DNA from: Octopus sinensis
Lineage: Eukaryota
Length of the DNA stretch: 64,000 nt
Reading direction: 5' to 3'
Assembly: GCF_006345805.1 (NCBI RefSeq)
Contig: NC_042998.1
Location: forward strand, 82,522,001 to 82,586,000
Part shown: in pieces, positions 25,370-39,599 of the stretch
How the letters are laid out: each line of letters begins with the position of its first letter
How positions within the stretch are numbered: position 1 is the first letter of the stretch
Notes under the pieces: generated by a model
What the model saw: only the letters and a program-made list of their open reading frames with translations
Databases searched by the model: none
What the model was told of the DNA's origin: nothing
Program-made: the position numbers and the translations under genes

Positions 25370-25590
25370 ATATGGCGTAGTAGTTAAGAGCGTGGGCTAC
25401 TAATCCCAAGATACCGAGTTCGATAACAATAACATCGACAAAAATACCTTGGGAATGGGAACCCAGGTTCGAAATTCCCCCAGGACACTTGATGAAGGCT
25501 GGAGTGTACATCACTCGAAACGTTGTGTTAACAACAAACAAGATGAGGACAAATAACAAATGTAAATACTGTAAATAATTCATCATCTCT
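25370..25590 (+). mobile_element. tRNA-headed SINE-like element with hammerhead-like 3' part
   Basis: tggcgtagtagttaagagcg A box, gagttcgata B-box-like; gacac-TTGATGA...GAAA-cg-TT-gtgtt at 25484-25529. Confidence 0.6.
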
Positions 25591-25649
25591 CTAATAAACG
25601 GCGTTCATGGATGGAATTAATACATCATATTCGTCATATGATATTAATG

Positions 25650-26075
25650 ATTATTATCGGAAAATGAGCATCTCTGGCTTCAAGATGAAAGGTATTCTTC
25701 CATGAGGACAATGCTCGGCCACATACAGCGAGGATGACATACCAAAGGCCAGAGCAGTCTGAATGGTAAGCGATGCCCCTCCTAACATATTCACCGGACA
25801 TTGTTCCATGTGATTATCATTTATTCTGCAGTCTTCAAAATCATTTGGACGGAAAAAATATGAATTCTGTAGACGCGATCAGAATAGTAACGAAGGAGTA
25901 TTTTTCGTCACGGACAAGTGAATTTTGGAGGAGCGGCCTTCCAAGTCTACCAGATACATGGAAGAGCATTGTAGAAAATGAAGGAGAGTCTATTTTAGAT
26001 TAAAATAGAACTTCGTTTTTCTTAATTTTGAAATATATAAGAAGTATTAAAAACCCGTATTATTTATCGGATATA
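25650..26075 (+). mobile_element. mariner transposase 3' fragment
   Basis: FFHEDNARPHTAR and YSPDIVPCDYHLFCSLQNHLDGK resemble the DNARPH and YSPDLAPSDY motifs. Confidence 0.85.
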
Positions 26076-27163
26076 TATTTATATATATATTCATTTACGT
26101 ATGTTGATTTATGTCAAACGAATAAAACGTGAGTTCTCAGTACAGGTTTCACAGGTTATGATTTCTTATTCACTTGAAGATCACAATCACCTAAAGAACA
26201 CCTGGATCGAAAAGAATTTCAACACGAGTTGATTGGCTCAGGACTCAAAGATGAAACCAAAGGATTATATTCCACTAAACGATAAAGCCAAATTCGTCCC
26301 ACTAGTAAATATCAAAACCTACGTAATAAAGTGAAAATAGCCTACACTTTCAGATATAAGTATAAAATCCATAAATGCCAAGGAATATTCGGTTAAATAG
26401 TATCTAGTTATTCGCAATTTGTCGAAGCAGAAAGATTGTGTGTGTGCGTGTGTGTGTATATGTATGTGTGTGTGTGTGTGTGCACATAGTACTACAGGAG
26501 CGTTCAAATAGCAGACATTTCTCACAGTTTACGTCTGACAGACTCGCAAGGCATTGGTTGGCTAAGTGCTCCATCACAAAAGTGTCCTATCACAAAATAC
26601 ATCATAAAAGATATGATACAAACGTTGAGCAGACAAGCTCACAGCAAACGATAAAATTAGCATATTGTATGATATACCAATTCTTCTCCACGCAGATTGA
26701 AACCAATCGATCATATGTCATTGTCAGAGTCAATAAGGAACACAAATCATCAACTGAAATCCTCTTGTAAACTAGTAATCTTTATTGCTATAAAAGTGAC
26801 GATCACATATTGTAGAGGCGGTAGAACGTCGGATATATATTTTTTCATCCTATACGTGTTTCGGTCGTTGGACCGCAGCCATGCTGGGGGCACCGTCTTA
26901 GTTGAATAAATCGAGGCTAGCACTTATTTTCACAATCTGGTACGTATTCTTACGGTCATTTTTGTTGAACTATTAAGTAACGTGGATGCAAACAAACCGA
27001 TTACCAAGCAATGGGGACGACAAGCATAGGCCCAAAAACATCCACGCACACTTGCGTGTATATATATACATAGATAATATATATGTATGTATATATACAT
27101 ATAATACATATATATGTATGTATATATAATATGTATACATACATACATACATACATACATACA

Positions 27164-27194
<31 letters not shown>

Positions 27195-27479
27195 GTATAG
27201 GGGGGAATAAAAAGAAAAGAGAGAAAATGCACATTAAATATGAAAACATAAAGGGTTTTTTAAGTAAAGCAAAGATGTATACATACAATTAGATTATCTG
27301 AAGTAGAATTAAGAAGCATATAAATCTTTATTATGAATCATTATAGAACACCGATATCCAAACGGTGTTGGGTCTAATAGCACCTGAGTTAAAAGATTAC
27401 ATGCAAGAGAGGTAAGCAGTTCTGGATGTCATGCAATTAAAGTGGATATAAATACTGGAATATGGATGGTGTATGGGAT

Positions 27480-28720
27480 GTATGGAGAGTAGTGGGAATT
27501 ATTGGTATTGGTAAGGTTAGTAGTGTCCTGTATTAAGTTGTGTATTCATGTTGAGTTGGGGATGATATTTATTAATGAAACTTGCCTCTTTGTTTGATCT
27601 TTGCTATATTGAAGTGTTCTGTGAACATTGATAAAAAGGGAAAATCAGGAAGTTCGGTTTAAGGTTCCTAGCACATCTTTCTATGTGCTCACTGAGCTGT
27701 GTCTATCTATATTGTGGGTAGCGGATTTGTTCTTTGTGAAGAGTTGTTCTTCGTCGGAGTGACATTCCTGTTTGGCTTAAATAGTGAGTTCTGCACCCTA
27801 AGCAGATAATAGCATAGATCAAATTTTCAGAGGCACAGGTGAAATTTGATTTTATCTTAAATATTTCACCTTGTTTGAAGTGAAACACTGTACTCGCCAA
27901 AATGTGGGGGCATATGCCACGGTTAGGCCGCCCGCATGTTTTCGCTTTTGGTTCCGTTGTTAATGGATATAGTCTTGCGCTGGTTAATATTTTTTTTCAG
28001 TGATTTTGGTTGCATTTTGCTCTTGATAATTTTGTTTGAGCTTAGAATTTTGTTAATTGTTTTATCTCCAATCAGAATGGGTAGATTTTCGATGATGGTG
28101 TCGAAGGCCTCATTGTTTCTAGGATTGTGTGTGGAGATGTATGGCAGTATTTTTAAATCTGGTGTAGTATTTCGGTTAACTTCCCTTACTGTTTATATGT
28201 CTATTTCTTTTGCTCGTTTAATCTCGTCATTTATTAATCATGTTGGGTAATGTCTCTTGATTAGTGTTGATTTAAGTTCAGGAAATCTTCGTTCACGAGT
28301 ATTGGTGTCCGAAACTATGGTACAGATTCTTTTCGCTCGAATATAATGTATATTAATTTTTATGTGTTTGGGGTGGCATGAGTTAAATAATATGTATTGT
28401 TTTCAATCTGTGGGTTTATAGAAGATGTCCGTTTCGATGTGGTTATTGACTATTTTAATTAGTATATCAAGAAAAGGAACTTGTTTATTGCTGTGTTCCA
28501 TGGTGAATTGTATGTTGCTATTGGTATTTTTGAGCATTATTTTGAAATCCAGGAGTTTGTCCATGCTATCGTTCCAAAGTATAAAGCAATCATCTAAGTA
28601 CCTCTTCCAGTTCTCATTTAAATATAGCTTTGCTTTTCTTTAAAAATCCTTTATCTTTTATATCTAATCTGCATTTTCTGGTTTCTTTTTACTTTACCCC
28701 TATTTATATCACGTGTAGTC
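27480..28720 (-). mobile_element. Penelope-like element relic (RT C-terminus + GIY-YIG endonuclease)
   Basis: SNFTCASENLIYAIICLGCRTHYLSQTGMSLRRRTTLHKEQIR; upstream PFLDILIKIVNNHIETDIFYKPTD-like and NSCHPKH segments; KEASFINKYHPQLN end. Confidence 0.85.
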
Positions 28721-28755
28721 TTTTTTCTTTGAAACCTATCTCTCTCTCTCTCTCC

Positions 28756-28843
<88 letters not shown>

Positions 28844-31455
28844 ATTCAGGTATGTTGATGCAAACAGGAAAATAGAACTCACAATAGGAATGAATGTATA
28901 TTTTTATTAATGTTTAACAGATGCAACAGAGGGATTCAAGGACCGAGAGTTTCATACATTGGCATTTATCAAACACATACATACGTTCATACATAATTAT
29001 GTGTGTGTGTGTGTATGCCTGTGTGTGTGTGTATAAGCTTTCTCACAGCTTACGTCTGCCAGACTTACTAGGCATTGGTTGGCAAACTGCCCTATCAAAA
29101 AAGATTTACCCACGGCGGTGAGCACTGCGACCGAACACAAAACAGCGTGATTGCAAAGCGAGTTTCTTAAACACTCAGTCATGTCAGCAGCAATAACATT
29201 ATTCATTGTTGTTGTTTTCATCTGATCGACCTAAATTGGAATATCATAATTTTCCTTCTTAACGCTTTAACAACAGCTCAAAGAACTTGTTTATTTTGTC
29301 AGTTATATCACTTTTGTTTTATTATAAGATGATTAATTTGACTTTATGTTTATCAGATTTAATATTTATCCAGTATATCTTTCAAAGAATCTGACTATCT
29401 CGTTCTGGAATATACTTAATCACTGATGTTGATAAATTTCATGAATAATGTTAATAAGTTACGTTACCCCACCACCTCCTCTATAACATACACACACACA
29501 ATTCTGATATACAGTTCAATTTTATGGCCACTACAGGGTTACTTTATTGATTTCTGTATTTTCAATACATAGTCAATAACAATCCGAATAAAGTAAGATG
29601 GCGTACGTCTTCACTAAAAGAACATATTTTATGACACAGTTTGACTTCATGAACAGACTGAGCTGAGATCAATAAAAGTTTACTTTAAGTAGTCATACCA
29701 CATAAGACGTTATTTTAAAGACATTGTAATTTAATTGAGAATCATGGATAGCTGAACGGAGAATATATTGAACAATAAGCTTAAGGGTAGGAATTTTCAT
29801 ATTCTGTCAAAAGCAGCAATAAACTACGTTCAGGCTTCTGACTATTCAGCTTTAAGACGACCTACATGTAAACAGATACTGTAGGGTTGTTACATCTTAC
29901 TTCTATACTCAGTGAGAAACTGTGTAAAGTTAATGAGTTTTACATTACACTGCAATATTGCTTGGACTCAGGTCACCTCTGATTCAACAGAACCACGATC
30001 GAAGATGATCTGGTCATGATATGACCAACACGTTTCTTCTTATGTGTCCAGGACTAGATTTCCAACGACCAACTCTCCTGCTCATTGAAGAAAATAAAGG
30101 GTGATACTATGGAAATATGTCTATTATTTCTAGCTGCCATTGCGGTTCTATGGATGGCAACATTTCAGTACACAACATGTAGAGCACAAAGAGAAAGATA
30201 GTGGCCTACACCGGTAAAAATACTAAACTGAAGTTTGTAGGAAAGTTAGAATAACTTGAGTAGAAGAAAAATACAAATTTTATAACTGGCTCATTATCTA
30301 AGAGAAAAGAAAGCAACTGTATTTCCTCTGTCACGAAACCTCAGACTCTTTTTCTCTCCATGGCATATCAACACTTGAATTCTAAATTTCTATATCTCCA
30401 ATTAAATTTTAAGAATTCAGTCACTACGAATTTACATTGAGATGATATTTTCTCAGAAAAAGCTGGAATTATTAACATAGAAGAGCCAAAGTATTATATT
30501 ATATCAAGTTGATGTAAACTCTGGCATATTAATAAAAATGTGAAAGTTCAAATCCTGATTGTATTAATAAGGTCTTGTGTTTGGCACCAGTTATCTGAAA
30601 TATGTGTGGTTTCCTCCAACTGAGTTAACAATTTTCTTCCCTTTCTGTTTGTCAACGCATGATTAATATCACTCAGTGTACACTAATTTATTCTTTCAAC
30701 AAACCGAAGTGATTATTAAATTATACTCATACGTACACAGCTACACAAACACTCAAACACGTACGCACACATACACATATATATTCATATAGATCAATAC
30801 ATTTATACATATTCACATAAACTATATATATATATGTATATACATACATATATGTATGTGTGTGTATGTGTATATATGTCCGTGTATGTGTGTATAAATA
30901 CATAGGTATAGATACATATACATATAGATATATGTAGTTATACATGCATATATATGAATGCAAACGTACATACAAACACACGTAAATGCACACATACACA
31001 CTTATACATACATACATATATATATATACACACACACATATATATATATATTTATGTATATATATATATATATGTGTGTGTGTGCGTGTGTGTGGTGTGT
31101 GTGTGGTGTGTGTGTGTGTGTGTGTGTGTGTGTATCTATGTACGTATATATATAGGATGCATATATTTATGTAAAGTTATGAACAGTACGAGACAGGGCT
31201 GGAGGGAAAATTCATTTTAAAAAATGAATATAACTACATCTTCGGGTATTTATTTAACGTAGTTTTCTGATAATTCAAAACACCTGTTCAACAAACATAT
31301 ATGTATTTATATTTTGTTTGCATGTGTTTGTGTGTATATACATTTCAGTGAGTGTGTATATGTGTGTGAGTATTCGTTCATGTATGTGTAATCACGTTCT
31401 TGTACGTGTGTGAAAGTTATTTGTAAATTTACAATTATATAGAAGAACCCTTGTC

Positions 31456-31493
<38 letters not shown>

Positions 31494-31744
31494 GTATCTC
31501 TCAACATACGTGTAGACGTACGTGTATCTATATCTATGAATGCATGTATGCGCGTATGAATGTTCGTATGCATGTATATTTATGCTTACGTGCTAATACA
31601 CACACATACACACACACATATATATACAAATATATATATATACATAAACACACACATGAACGCATTCACATACATACGTATAAATGAACTTTTATGCACA
31701 TGCACATGCATATATATGTGTATATATGTATGTATGCATGTATG

Positions 31745-31789
<45 letters not shown>

Positions 31790-31822
31790 ATTTATATGCA
31801 TATATATGTATATATATGTGTG

Positions 31823-31883
<61 letters not shown>

Positions 31884-32435
31884 ATATGCATGTACGTATA
31901 ACTTTTCTCTCTGGCGTTCTCCCTTTCTCCTCTTTCCATATTTAGAAAAACAAGATCCTCACAAATTTTTATACTCTTTTGCACAAATTTAATTCAACAT
32001 TGCTGAAAAGTTATATTACTGTATAACATGTGCAGATATGTGAGTAAATCTGTGAGATCTGGATACGTCTACTAATCTGTGTGGGCTCGAAATCATTGGT
32101 GTAAAACAAACCACTTTATGCATATATATTAACTGTTTGTCATTCTTTCATGTTATGTTTGTTTTTTAAATATTAATCTAGAAATTGGAGGGTGGTTGGT
32201 GGCTGATGCAGTAAACCATCGTATAATATGCTTGTGTTTAGTTACATTTGTTGTGATCTGATTCATATGTTGCCTGTCTTCATCGTATTCCATATTTGCA
32301 GGATCGATAGAGTAAATACCACTCAAATGATATAGTTGACTAAATCCACTCCACTCTTTCCCAACTAATAGTAGGTGGGTTTGGCATCTGTGGAATACAA
32401 AGAAGTATATATATATTCATGTTTAGCTTTATGGC

Positions 32436-32521
<86 letters not shown>

Positions 32522-32522
32522 G

Positions 32523-32597
<75 letters not shown>

Positions 32598-32600
<3 letters not shown>

Positions 32601-33200
32601 CGCCATGACAGTGTGGCAAGAATGATCCATTAGCCTACAGTGAGAAAAAACGCGGTATCAGCAAACCCCAGAAGGAGTTAGGGAAAACGAGAATTGCAAA
32701 ATCCTGTGGGATACAATTGAAAACGACCACTACAAAATACTCTGAGATTTTAACATACAGTGCGACCAAGTCATAGAAGCGAGACAGCCAGATATCGTGA
32801 TCATTCATAAAGATGAAAAACAAACAAAGATGATAAATGTTGTAACACCAGGCGATTCGAGTGTGAAATATAAGGAAACAGAAAATAGTGAGAAATACCA
32901 GCCACTATGGGACGAGATAAAAAAGTTATGGGACATGGGGAAAGTAATGAGGATACCGGTTGTAGTTGCTGCATTAGGAGCGGTTTCCAAGGCCTTTGAA
33001 AATCATATTAAGAATATTGGAGCTGCTGTCAGATTCGAAGTGATCCAGAAGACAGCATTGTTGTGTACAGCGCGCATTCTAAGGAGAGTATTGTCTCTTT
33101 GAGTCACAGGAGAAGACACTACTTGAAAACTTTGGTGATTTGTTGTTGCCTGCTCTCAAAAAAGAACAACCGGTAATTAAGAACTATCCCAGAATCTTTC
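32598..33200 (+). mobile_element. 5'-truncated R4/Dong-type LINE between two (TAA)n tracts
   Basis: PVVVAALGAVSKAFENHIKNIGAAVRFEVIQKTALLCTARILRRVLSL; (TAA)n at ~32440-32597 and ~33200-33235. Confidence 0.9.
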
Positions 33201-33236
<36 letters not shown>

Positions 33237-33379
33237 TGATTGTGATATATGTGCCTGGTGTACCCTTATTAGAGGATTAGTCATGATGGTTATACTGGGC
33301 TTTGTATACTTGTACCCCATTGTCACTTGATGGCACGCCCTGATCTCTTACTCAATAATAATATTAATAATAATTATTG

Positions 33380-33620
33380 GGCTGACACCAAGCAAATACA
33401 AATATCGCCACAATATGCAGGACAATATTCACATATTAAACACAACTAAATCAGCACTCCTGCTTCCAGAACATCATCCTGAGCCAGTCCTTCAAGGTAA
33501 AAATTGCCACTCTCCTCTGGGATTCTCCAGTCGACACCGAGAGAACGATCCAGGCTAATCGACCTGACATAGTCACTGAAGATAGGGAAAATACTTGTAG
33601 ACTAATTGACGTAAGTGTTG
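33380..33620 (+). mobile_element. RLE-domain fragment of an R4-type LINE
   Basis: ATLLWDSPVDTERTIQANRPDIVTEDRENTCRLIDVSV (PD..D nuclease motif). Confidence 0.7.
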
Positions 33621-34084
33621 GTGGTTGTTGTTGTTGTGGTGGTGATGAGGATGATGGGGAGAAGGAGGAAAAGGAGGGGGATTTCTGTATTTGCAACAGG
33701 TGTATATGATGAGGGGAGTATTAGAAAGATAGATTAACATAACGTTTAGAGCTTCAAATAAAACAAGGTGAGGTGGAAGAGGAAGAATAAGGAAGGAAAT
33801 GATGGAAATGATATAAAACGTCTACGGAGGATATAAAGACACGACTACATTGATGATACAGTTCTTCTAATATAAGCGGACTTCCAACTGGATCCAATTA
33901 AGGAATCACGGGGATCCAAGAACTCTCTGACCACCAAGAGTTAGTAGCCTCTCCCAAATTCTTCTTCTCGGGCTTATATAAGCTGTAACCATTTCTGCCA
34001 TTACCGACCAAACATAAAGTGGATCTTCGGTCGATTTGGACAATAAGTATTCTAGTTATTCGAACAATTGGAATACTAACAGGT

Positions 34085-34226
34085 GTAGCATTGTGGTAGG
34101 AAGTCTGCTTCCGGGTTCAGTCCTTCTGAAGGTTGTACCTTGAGCAATGTTTTCCACTATATAGCTTCGGGCCGACCAAAGTACAGTGAGTAGATTTGGT
34201 CGACAGAAACTGAAAGTATCCTGTCG

Positions 34227-34280
<54 letters not shown>

Positions 34281-34600
34281 GTGTGTGTGTGTGTGTGTAT
34301 GTGTGTGTGTATGTGCGTGCGTGTGTGTGTGCGTCAGAGAGAGACGGACAGACAGAGAGAAAGAGAGAGTGTGTGTGTGTTTCTCTGTGTGCGTCTGTGT
34401 TGTGTGGCTGTGTTTACTCCCCACCACCACTTGAAACAGGTGTTCCTATGTTTATGCCCTCGTAACTTAGCTGACCGGCAAAAGAAACCGACAGAAACTT
34501 TACAAAACATAAGATCTGGTGCCGATTCGTTCAACTAAAATTCTTCAAGGCTGTGCCTCAACACAACCACATTCGAAAGACTGAAACAAGTAAAAGATAA
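34085..34600 (+). mobile_element. SINE family B copy, diverged
   Basis: same head, body and tail as 8420. Confidence 0.75.
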
Positions 34601-36466
34601 CAGAAGAGAACTGACTGCTCATTGTATTATAAATGCATGACCGAGTATTCCGTAGACACAGACATATCAACCTGTGAGAAGCTGTAAGATGAAACCTTTT
34701 CAATGCAGATGCTTTCACACAATTTTTGTCTGCCCAGTTTACGTTCGCCAAGCTTGATTTGATCCAGATCTCACAAAAACGACAATAGCCCAAGATACGA
34801 AGCACTGGATTCTAATTGAACCCAGCACATTAAGCCTGCTAAGCCTGAATACATTTATATACATCTCTCACACACATCTACACACATGCGTACACATTCA
34901 TATAGGTATTGAGAGAATCGTTCAATTTTTAACCCTGTGATGGGCATACCCAATAATATTTGTCACTTCAAATACCACACTTCTTTGAGAATACAATAAA
35001 ATTAAAGGTTTGTTCTATATCTAACGATTCTTTGCGTTTGAACAACATGATGCTAGTAATTATAACATTTCCAAGCTGTTATACTATACTGTAGTTGTTG
35101 TAGCATTTCCAACCCTTCTTTTGTCATGCCAACCGTTTTTATGCTTAAAGGTAAATTAGTCGTTATAGTCATAGGGTTAATGTTTTCGGGCAGCATAATG
35201 CGCAGTTTACTAATTCCGTAAGAACAGTAGAATTGAACACACTAATGATATCATGAATTGTATTAGCAATGGAATAATAAATGAATAAATGGTGCCGCAT
35301 TTAATAAATTAGGACAGCTCTTTTTTTCTATACATACTGGTTACAGGAATCCAACATAGGATTAGACTTCATTAAAAATCGATATAGCAAAAAGTAAGGA
35401 CAAACGGAAATTTATACCCTTTTCTTAAGTATAATCTTTTTTACTGGGCAGAAAACTCTTTTAATATCAGACAAAACGCAACAGAGAGAAGTGAAACTAA
35501 ACAGAAAAACCAGCCAATGGCTCGAAAGCTTTGAGCTAAACGCTAAAATGAGTATGGTTTTAACTGCAGAAGGACAAATGCCTTGCCATAAATAAACTTT
35601 AAAAAATAGCAAAAACTAATATACTAATAGTAAGTATAAAATAGGATGACTGACCACATTATTTTCAGTTGAAAATATTTTTGAGTATATATGGTATCTA
35701 TGTTCATTGGGCAATATGCCGACATTTCGGTGTAAAACAGTAAGACGTAGCTTTTTTCAAAAAGTTATCAGTAAACAGAAAGTCACTATCTCAATATAAA
35801 TCTCCTATATAAAAACAAAATTAAAAGATAACGAAGTACGAATGAAAATTCTGTCGAATTGTTACGTGCATACAACGCAGCAACATTACACCCCAAACTT
35901 ACAAGAATAATAATAGAGACTTAAGCAATGAAGAATAAGAAGTGAAGAAAAACGTAGCATAAGACACCATAGCGACTGTTAAATAATTTGTAGAAAGATG
36001 AGAGGTGGAGTGAAATGGTATGATCTCAAGATTAAAATACTTAAACTTATTGACAGAATACACATTGGAAATATATAACAGTATCTAATGACACGTAAAT
36101 AAATATTCTGTTGAAGCAAATGAAATCACAAGAGAGACTACTATACAAAACTGATAATTCTGGACAGATGAAATGTTACAACAAAGTAGAGACGATCACA
36201 TTTACACTGAATGAGAACTCAAAACAAAACTAAAAACAGTAGGGAACCAACCATGAAAGGAATAACCACCGGGATGGAACAAATTAAATATAGAGGGAGT
36301 ATACACAAAAAAAACTACTAGCTTAAATGCTTATGAAGAGCCCCCACAGAAACGCAAATAAATACAGAACTGCAGAATAACAGCAAATCTTAAACCAGAT
36401 CAATCATAAACAACAGTGAAGTGTGTCTGATTGAAAAACAATAATAATTGATGGTAAATGCGGCGA

Positions 36467-37775
36467 GTTGGCAGAAACGGTAGCAGGCCGGGCGAAATGC
36501 GTAGCCGTATTTCGTCTGTCGTCACGTTACGAGTTCAAATTCCGCCGAGGTCGACTTTCCCTTTCATCCTTTCGGGGTCGATAAATTAAGTACCAGTTAC
36601 GCACTGGGGTCGATATAATCAACTTAATCCATTTGTCTGTCCTTCTTTGTCCCTTCTGCGTTTAATCCCTTGTGGGTAGTAAAGAAATAAATAATAATAG
36701 ATGGTGATGAATAGAAGAAACTTATTTATTCGAGCTCCACAGTATAAAAAGCGAAATAAACCTCGGTGGAAGTTGAACTCAGAATGTAAATTGTCGAAAG
36801 ATATACCATGTAGCATTTTTCCGAAACAGTATCGATTCTGCCAGCTCGCCGCCTTGCGAGGGACAATAATCCATTCTGCTATAAAGTACAAGGCCTGAAA
36901 TTTGGCCGGGTGGAGCGAGATGATGACACCGTTCGCAGTGATCAACTGCTACTCATTTTATCGAGCCGAAAGAATGAAAAGCAAAGCCAACCTCAGCAGA
37001 AATTGAACTTAGATCTTAAAGACAGACGAAATGCCGCTCAACACTTTTCCCAGCGTGCTAACGACTCTGTCATCTCACCGCCTTGTAATTGACTGTAATA
37101 ATCCTTTCTACTAAACTCACACGGCCTGAAATTTTTTGGCTGGGGGGGACTAGTCGAATATATTGACCGCAGCCTTTCACTGATACATAATTTATCGACT
37201 CAGAAAAGATGAAAGGCAAAGTCGACCAGAATTTGAACTCAGAATGTAAAGATGACCAAATACCGCTCATCATTTCGCCCGGTATGCTAACGATTCTGCC
37301 AGCTCACCGTCTTGTGATTGGCAGTAATAATAATTATCTCAAATTTTTGCCACAAGGGCAGTTTGGAGGAGACGGGGATAAGTCGAGCACACTGAACACC
37401 CCCCCCCTACTAGTATTCAACTGGTACTTGATTTATCGACCCCGAAATGAGGAAAGGCAAGGTCGGCCTCTGCGGAATTTGAACTCAGAACGTAGCGATG
37501 GACGAAATACCACTAAGCACTTCGTCCAGCGTGCTGACGATTCTGCCAGCTCGGTGCCTTGTGATTTTCAATATTAATAATAATCGTTTTTACTATGGGC
37601 ACAAGGTCTGAAATTTGGGAGAGGGGACTGGACGATTATATCGACCCCAATGTTACACTGGTATTTAATTTATCGACCCTGAAAGGATTAAAGGCAAAGT
37701 CGACCTCTGCGGAATTTGATCTCAGAACGTAAAGACGAACAGATCTAACGATTCTGCCAGCTCGCCGCCCTGTGA
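36467..37775. mobile_element. cluster of six SINE family A copies (one +, five head-to-tail on -)
   Basis: ggcgagttggcagaa at ~36470; cgattctgccagctc-like heads near 36835, 37062, 37291, 37539 and 37750. Confidence 0.85.
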
Positions 37776-38039
37776 TTATAGTGGTACTTTCCAATTGAAT
37801 CGTACTTCCCGTAAATGAGAAGTGGTGTATGGCCGATTATATCAAGCTCAGTATATGGCAGGTACCTATTTCACCGATCAATCCGATATCAAGGAAAAGA
37901 TAACTCGTCCACGACAGGGTCAATATTCAGACTATAAAGAAACATGGCTAAATACTACACTATATGTTATACTAAGGTTCTATTTATCCTGCAATTCAAT
38001 TCCACTGTTCTTTACATAAGGCCACACAGCTTTGTTAAA

Positions 38040-38395
38040 ATTACCGAGCACATTCAGGAACTCTGGTACTCCATCGGTTAAAAATCTGAGTGTTTCAGTT
38101 GATACCCATCAACGGAATAGCCTGCGCGTGAGACTAAAGTGCAAGTGGATGAGCTCTACACAGGCACGCGTACCCTTAATGTAGTTTTCATGACGATTCA
38201 ATGTGACACAGAATGCGCCATGGCTGGCAATTTCAAATACAGGTAAAACTAATTTTTCCCGGCTGAGTAGACCGGAGCAACGTGTAATAAAGTGTCATGC
38301 TCAAGGACATAACGTGCCGCCGGGAAGAATTAAACTCACGAATATGCGATCGGGAGCCGAATACCCTAACCACTAAGCCAGATGCCTTCACTCAG
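38040..38395 (-). mobile_element. tRNA-derived CORE-like SINE (family E); second copy at 61735-62060
   Basis: both copies share gtgcaagtgg, aaatacaggta, tgctcaaggaca(c/t)aacg, ccctaaccactaagc. Confidence 0.8.
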
Positions 38396-39599
38396 GAACT
38401 CTGCGCCACAGGGGAAGACAGAGAGTAGGGAAGGAGTGACACGTCATTAACAAAGCAAGCAAACTTCTCATATTGATCCATTTTGAATTTCTTCTAGGCT
38501 ATACTGTATTCTTAGTGCCTCAATATATAAGCGATTCAAAAATAATTTGAGGATTGGAATCGAGGATAGTAATTCCTTCCAATTCATGAATCCATTTTAG
38601 GAAAGACTTTTTCAACAGATACAAAAATTACTCTAGTTTTTAATCTTTTTTTCGTTTTACCTATATTCAACCAAAACATCCAAAATAATTATTTTCAGAC
38701 CTACTTTTTTATATATATATACATCCTGGTGTTGGATATATAATTTAACGAAGCACGGGAAAAAAAGTATTCACACGACGCGCTACTAGTACTGTTACAC
38801 GAGGTTAAATGCTCTCTGCCAACGGTTCACTGTGAACTGATATATTTCTTTTGTTTAGGCACATGGCTTTTATAAAGAGGGGACACCACAAGAACAGACA
38901 AAGCAAGACAATGGGGTGCATATAAATACGTATCGGATGAATTATAAATATGATGAATATGAGGATGAAATGGCTTATTTGCACCCCAAAGCAAGTAGTT
39001 TCAGTTTACCGGGTTTTCTTTTAATTACAGTTTTACTTTACAGTCTTGTAATTTTTTAACACACTATTACAACAAATACTTTACTATATCGTCAAAAATT
39101 ACAACAGGCGGCAGCTCGTCGTATCTATATTGAAATGCTGTTATTTCAACTCTTTTTTTTCCCCCAAGTAGTTCTACTAACCTCTCCCCTCTTTCTCTCT
39201 CCAACAACACGCCCTTCTTAACTTCAGGGTTTGCCATTTTCACTCTGATAACATTTTTCATTTTTATTACTCTCTTTTCAATTTCGACGCTTTTTGCATA
39301 TACTATGAGGTTTCTTAAGTTTCTCCCTGTAGCTATCGTTCTCCGATATCCTTCACCACTCTCTTCGTCCGTCATAAGTATCTCTCTCTCTCTGATTCAC
39401 TGTCTCTTTCGTTTCCTTCCCTCTTTCGCACTCCTTCTTGTTTTCCAGTTGAAGGCGACAGTTTGTGTGTTCGCATTTCATTTAATTTTTCATTTGAGTT
39501 TCCATTTCTTCTCTTTTCTTTCTTATTCTCCTCTTCATTTATCTTCCTTTTTTTTCTCCTTGGGGATTTTTGGTGGTTCTTTTTTTCTTTTCACAACCG

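Noticed and set aside
30727-31992. Many YI/CV/HT-repeat ORFs here and across the window
   Set aside because: Dinucleotide and tetranucleotide microsatellite artefacts.
38729-39148. Possible 3' LTR of the Gypsy relic (TG...CA next to a polypurine tract on -)
   Set aside because: No matching 5' LTR is found near 42200, so it is not called.
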